DNA of 39,536 nucleotides from Dimargaris cristalligena (Eukaryota): NCBI GenBank assembly GCA_003614675.1, contig ML002350.1, positions 1 to 39,536 of the forward strand, read 5' to 3'. Shown piece by piece: positions 35,155 to 39,536 of this stretch (position 1 is its first letter; each line of letters starts with the position of its first letter). The notes under the pieces were generated by a model. It saw only the letters and a program-made list of their open reading frames with translations, ran no database searches and was not told where the DNA came from. The position numbers and the translations under genes were made by a program.

Positions 35155-38100
35155 ATGCCCAACTCGGATGTGGCCCCCTCACAGGCACGGCGGCAGTCTA
35201 GCTTTCTCCGCCGCCGTCGTCGCCGGCGCCCACTTACCCACCACCCGTCCCATTCGGTAGACCAGCCGGACGATACCCTGTCGCTGGCCCATTCGGTTCC
35301 GAGCTGGTCGGAATACCGGAGGCTCCTACCGCGCCTCACCAATGCCTTTTCATACCAGCCATTGCCAGCTATACCCAGTCTGCTTCGAATCCAGTCCACG
35401 AATACTCTACTTCCCTATGGCCGACAGGGCCAGCGCGCTGGGCTCCGCACCATGTCGGTGTATGGCAGTATGCGGTCCAATCGGTTGACCACACCCGTAC
35501 GGCATTCGGCCATCGTCCCTCCCACCACGCCTTATTCACTAACCGGAGTGGCCCAGGCGGATGCTCATTTGGACTATTTCGGTTCGGCTCCCACAGTGGA
35601 CATTGAGCCTAATTCGCCCTCGCTCCATGCACCAGTGCCAGAGTCCTCGACAGCCGACCCCAGACCCACGGCCTATCCTGACCATTCCTCAACTCGCCCT
35701 CGGCCCGGGGGTCGCCATTTCATTCTACCCCAACGCCGAGTCGAGGGTGCGGATATCCCTCCTCATACCCTCTCCCAATCGCTGCCGCTCGGTATTGACT
35801 TGTTAGTCCCCTCGGCCCAAGAGGAAGTTTCAGTCTTTCCTGGCCATTGGCCGCCCGAGTTTACACCTAGTCCAGGATTCTTTGATACTGAGGCGCCTGT
35901 CCCACTGATTCACGATAATGCACTCCCTTCACGGCCAGCTGTATTCACGGTTGAGAGTGCTCCAATTCGGTTGGAAACGACGGCGGTTGAGCCGTTACCC
36001 GCTAATCACCCTGAAACACCTCCACCGCCACCCATATTCAACCACCCGGTTAGCGGGCCAAGCATATCCCCCTCCGCCGTCCCTGAAGTTCGACCATTAT
36101 CAGCCAGTCCTCCAGCTTTCTTCACCCCCGCCCGTAAAAACGTCCTCAAAGCCTCGCTGGCTTTTCTGCTCGCCTCCCTTTTTTCGTTTCACCCCTATTT
36201 ACATTCACTGGTGGGCGAGTCGCCGCACCTGGTGGCCAATGCCATTTTATTCTTTAATCCTGTCCGGTCGCGAGGCGCATTTATCGAGGCCGGGGCAATG
36301 GGTGTATTGGGTCTCACTTTTTCGGCGGTTCTGGGCTACCTCAGCCTGTACACCGCGAGTATCTTGGTGGCCTATGACCATTTAGTCGTGACCAGCAAAG
36401 TGGTGAGTTTGGTGGTCTTTTGTTTCATCCCTATTTTCGTGCTCGCCTACGTCAAGGCCAATCTCGGTCGCCCAGCGATTTACACGGGTAATTCCATTGC
36501 TCATATCATGTTGCTCATCGTCTTAACTCGAGAGACTAACGTGATCAACCTGGATGGTGTGGTAGATCCCCAAAAAACCGAGGATAATGCGACGGCCTTA
36601 TTAACCGGCTTAGTCATTTCTTTCCTAGTGGGGTGGTTCCTGTGGCCCCAGCACGCACACCACCAACTGCAGAAGAATATTCATGCGACCCTTGACTCCT
36701 TTAAACTTCTCATGACCGTCGTGGTGGATACCTTTGTGTTAGACGGCTGGTCCATCAGTGCCCAACCCGTGCCCGGGTCCCCCAGTACATCGTCGTCATC
36801 ATCATCATCATCTTCTTCTTCGTCATCGTCGTCATCCTACTCCGACTCGAACAGTGACTCGGACTCGGACCCCAATGAAACCATGGAGCTTTGGCTACAC
36901 TCACCGACGCCGGCTGCCGTGGATCGGGCCCGCATCCTCCCCAATGCCCTACGGGCCCACCGGCAGAGCTTTGCGGTTTTGGAGAAATCCCTCGATGAAG
37001 CCAGTCTGGAGATCTCGGACTACCGCCTATGGCGGTTCCGCACCCTTTACGTCGAGGTGGTGAAAAGTCTCAACCGCCTGTCCCAACACCTGGGTAGTAT
37101 CTACAGTGGGATTGATTTACAGGTAAAATGGATCAAGTACACGGAGCGAATGGCGGATACGACCCCACACCGCTTTCCCGCCTGGTCGACTCGGCAAAAG
37201 AACGAGCTGGTGGCTTTGGTAGAATTTATCGACCATATTAAGTCGCCTTTGACCCAACTCAACCGGGATTGTCAGGTGACCTTTACGGCGGTACAGACCA
37301 TTGTGGATGCGTCGTTTAAAGGAAGTCTTAGTCGGGACCTCATATGGACTCGCATATTTACCCACCTGGCCAATCCTAGCGTTCCCATTGAAGCGATTCC
37401 AACCACCGATATTTCGGCTTCCCTGTCCTCTTCATCCCGGTGGGGTCCACTAGGCCGAGGCTGGCGGGCCATCGTAGAGCCTATCCGGCGCAAACTATGG
37501 CGACGGCCGCCCCTTTCTGAAACTACGCCGCTTTTACCCACAGCAGCGGACGCAAACCATCTTCCATGTACATTCTGTGAACGCTGCCCCCAGTGCCACG
37601 GCGTGTGGTCACCGGCACCTCATTTCCAATCCTCCACCCTGACCGCTGCCCTTAACCAGCAGCGGGTGTGTCCGTTCGCCTGCCTTCGAATGCTCCGGGA
37701 GCGACTGGTGGATAGTCTGACGCAGTTTAATGCGGCCCATACCCATGCCATTGCAGCCATTTACCAACAGCGTCCGCTGTGGAAAAAATGGTTGCCTGAA
37801 CTACCCCACCGGCCCGACCTCCACACCTCCGAACTCGGAAGTGGCTCATCTTCATCGTCGTCTTCGTCTTCGTCCGAGGCCAATGGAAGTGGAACGCATT
37901 CTCCCTATCCTCCCCCGCCCATTTCGGCTCTCATTTCCCCGTTGCGGCGACCCTCCTCCCCTTCGTCGTTGACTTCTCTCTGGGTGCCACTGAAAAAGGA
38001 AGGCGAGCCCTCTTCCTCACTGGGGGCTCTCATCGACCATATTACTCCCGAACCGGGCCCCCGGACCAACGAGGAATCGAAATCATCGACCCGGTTGTCT

Positions 38101-39536
38101 TCGTCGTCTAAAAGTAGCGACCGAAGAGGGATGTTACATCGTAGTGGGTCGGAAATTTCCCAGTCCGTTTTATCTAACTTGAGTTCGTCGGGGCTGAATT
38201 TAAAGGACCAGGCCATCAACGAGCCAACTGGCCCCTCAGCGCCACCGTCACCAATAGCTGAAGATGACGATATTGAGGCTGAATCCTCCGACTCTTCTTC
38301 ATCATCAAGTAGCAGCAACAGCTCGCAGTCGTCATCCATGTCCTCCCACCCCTATGAGCACCTCTTTATCGTTTATTTCTTTGCCTTCAGTACCCAGGAG
38401 TTCGCGGCTGAATTACTTACCTTGATGCGGCTGATTGAAACTCTCACCCGGGCGCACACCGCCTTAGACTCCCGGAATTTGCCTCAATGCCCCTTGGCCC
38501 AGGAGGATTTGCCTACATGTTTCTGCTCGTCGCGAGAAGGTCCTCCCCTATCGGATGATCTCCCAGGCGGCGACCGGGGTCCTATTCACGACTCGGTTCG
38601 TCCAATGTCCGCCATGTTATCGGAGGCTGGTCCGTTTTCCCACACTTCCCAGCAGCTACTCGACGCCAAATGGGGCCGCACCACCTTGGGTCTCCACCGG
38701 TGCATTGAAACGGTCCGGACTATCCTCCGAATTCCCTACCAGCTCCTGGCCCTCTTTGGCACCTTTCTCTGCTGGCTGTTCCGGCCTCCGTCCGACCAGA
38801 AGGAACGCCATTTCCCACCCTCCGAGCTAGATCCTCCCGGCCTTCACAACCCCGTCCCCCGGACCCGCCAACAGATCGCCCGACATCGACTGTGGCGCTT
38901 TTTCCTGTGGTTCCGGCGGTTTCAGACCAAATTTGCGTTGAAAGCCGCGATGATTGCCACTCTCCTGTCGTTGCCCGCGTTCGTCGAGGATTGGAATCCC
39001 ACCTTCCGGATGTTTCGGGGTGAGTGGGCGGTGATTACGGCCTTGGTCGTCATGACTCCTACAGTAGGAGGCTCCAACAGTACGTCGGTATATCGCATCC
39101 TGGGCACGGTCGTGGGCGGATTCACGGCCTTCGTCATTTTCTCACTATGTGACGATGCCTACTTCGTCCCGGCACCGTCATGGCTAGTCGCTCTATACCA
39201 CTGGCTCGTCCCTTCCGTGGCCTGGCGGACCATGGTGGATAATTGGGCCGAATTGCTGGTGCCTTTCCCCATCGTATTCCCCCTGGCCTTATTTATTACT
39301 ACCCTGCCGGGGTTCCATCTACTGCTCAACTCATCGTATCCGAAAGTGGGCCAGTATTCCCTAATCACCTTTTCGGTGGTGCTCCTGAACAAGGTCAAGG
39401 GTGGCGAAGATACCGAAGTGCCTATTGGATATATCGCATGGCACCGGACCACAGCGGTTACCTTTGGGGTTCTCGTGGGACTCCTAACCACCATTTACGT
39501 CTGGCCCTTCGAAGCCCGTGTCGAGGTCCGAATTCC
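35155..39536 (+). CDS. FUSC / aromatic acid exporter (ArAE)-family membrane protein, YGL140C-like, more than 1460 aa, truncated by the window end
   Basis: The frame from ATG 35155 (upstream in-frame TGA at 35101) is open to the window edge, which is why the ORF track omits it. First TM block: KNVLKASLAFLLASLFSF...HLVANAILFFNPVRSRGAFIEA (from about 36136) to GWFLWP. Second TM block: KFALKAAMIATLLSLPAF...RGEWAVITALVVMTPTVGGSNSTSVYRILGTVVGG (from about 38929) and GVLVGLLTTIYVWPFEAR. Long Pro/Ser-rich disordered linkers separate them. Confidence 0.9.
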   Translation, partial: MPNSDVAPSQARRQSSFLRRRRRRRPLTHHPSHSVDQPDDTLSLAHSVPSWSEYRRLLPRLTNAFSYQPLPAIPSLLRIQSTNTLLPYGRQGQRAGLRTMSVYGSMRSNRLTTPVRHSAIVPPTTPYSLTGVAQADAHLDYFGSAPTVDIEPNSPSLHAPVPESSTADPRPTAYPDHSSTRPRPGGRHFILPQRRVEGADIPPHTLSQSLPLGIDLLVPSAQEEVSVFPGHWPPEFTPSPGFFDTEAPVPLIHDNALPSRPAVFTVESAPIRLETTAVEPLPANHPETPPPPPIFNHPVSGPSISPSAVPEVRPLSASPPAFFTPARKNVLKASLAFLLASLFSFHPYLHSLVGESPHLVANAILFFNPVRSRGAFIEAGAMGVLGLTFSAVLGYLSLYTASILVAYDHLVVTSKVVSLVVFCFIPIFVLAYVKANLGRPAIYTGNSIAHIMLLIVLTRETNVINLDGVVDPQKTEDNATALLTGLVISFLVGWFLWPQHAHHQLQKNIHATLDSFKLLMTVVVDTFVLDGWSISAQPVPGSPSTSSSSSSSSSSSSSSSSYSDSNSDSDSDPNETMELWLHSPTPAAVDRARILPNALRAHRQSFAVLEKSLDEASLEISDYRLWRFRTLYVEVVKSLNRLSQHLGSIYSGIDLQVKWIKYTERMADTTPHRFPAWSTRQKNELVALVEFIDHIKSPLTQLNRDCQVTFTAVQTIVDASFKGSLSRDLIWTRIFTHLANPSVPIEAIPTTDISASLSSSSRWGPLGRGWRAIVEPIRRKLWRRPPLSETTPLLPTAADANHLPCTFCERCPQCHGVWSPAPHFQSSTLTAALNQQRVCPFACLRMLRERLVDSLTQFNAAHTHAIAAIYQQRPLWKKWLPELPHRPDLHTSELGSGSSSSSSSSSSEANGSGTHSPYPPPPISALISPLRRPSSPSSLTSLWVPLKKEGEPSSSLGALIDHITPEPGPRTNEESKSSTRLSSSSKSSDRRGMLHRSGSEISQSVLSNLSSSGLNLKDQAINEPTGPSAPPSPIAEDDDIEAESSDSSSSSSSSNSSQSSSMSSHPYEHLFIVYFFAFSTQEFAAELLTLMRLIETLTRAHTALDSRNLPQCPLAQEDLPTCFCSSREGPPLSDDLPGGDRGPIHDSVRPMSAMLSEAGPFSHTSQQLLDAKWGRTTLGLHRCIETVRTILRIPYQLLALFGTFLCWLFRPPSDQKERHFPPSELDPPGLHNPVPRTRQQIARHRLWRFFLWFRRFQTKFALKAAMIATLLSLPAFVEDWNPTFRMFRGEWAVITALVVMTPTVGGSNSTSVYRILGTVVGGFTAFVIFSLCDDAYFVPAPSWLVALYHWLVPSVAWRTMVDNWAELLVPFPIVFPLALFITTLPGFHLLLNSSYPKVGQYSLITFSVVLLNKVKGGEDTEVPIGYIAWHRTTAVTFGVLVGLLTTIYVWPFEARVEVRI
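36790..36837 (+). repeat. TCN trinucleotide run encoding poly-Ser (16 residues)
   Basis: TCG/TCA/TCT repeats in frame within the transporter CDS. Similar Ser tracts occur at about 37846-37875 and 38284-38346. Confidence 0.8.

Noticed and set aside
34865-39494. Short ORFs overlapping the transporter, including a poly-His ORF at 36758-37063
   Set aside because: Off-frame or antisense readings of the Ser/Pro-rich transporter CDS. The poly-His is the TCA repeat read in another frame.
1-39536. Prokaryotic origin of the contig, CRISPR arrays, rRNA
   Set aside because: Long intergenic regions, a spliceosomal intron, a Gypsy remnant and a fungal-type transporter indicate a eukaryote. No spaced direct repeats or rRNA-like sequence were seen.

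Overview
Eukaryotic (fungal) genomic DNA; the gene content and NRPS style suggest an early-diverging fungus, possibly a Zoopagomycota mycoparasite such as Dimargaritales (inference only). Left to right: (1) a heavily decayed, AT-rich Ty3/Gypsy retrotransposon remnant (about 1-1680); (2) a 70-aa prepro-peptide gene (2596-2808, +) with a signal peptide, a Kex2-type KR site and a 34-aa strongly cationic mature peptide; (3) a convergent two-exon gene (5356-3457, -) with a signal peptide followed by an F-box-like motif; (4) a 3.7 kb intergenic region with a repeated AGGGG(G)TAT motif; (5) an intronless 7960-aa nonribosomal peptide synthetase (9045-32927, +) with architecture halfC-A-T-E-C-[A*-T*-C*]-A-T-E-C-A-T-C-A-T-E-C-A-T-E-like, where the starred block is catalytically degenerate, there is no thioesterase, and the terminal E-like domain lacks the catalytic Glu; (6) an FUSC/aromatic-acid-exporter (YGL140C-like) membrane protein gene that starts at 35155, runs off the window and is absent from the ORF track. 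The best candidates for novelty are the NRPS logic (possible module skipping and release by a repurposed epimerase-fold domain), the cationic secreted peptide and the secreted F-box-like protein. Domain boundaries are approximate and were read by eye.
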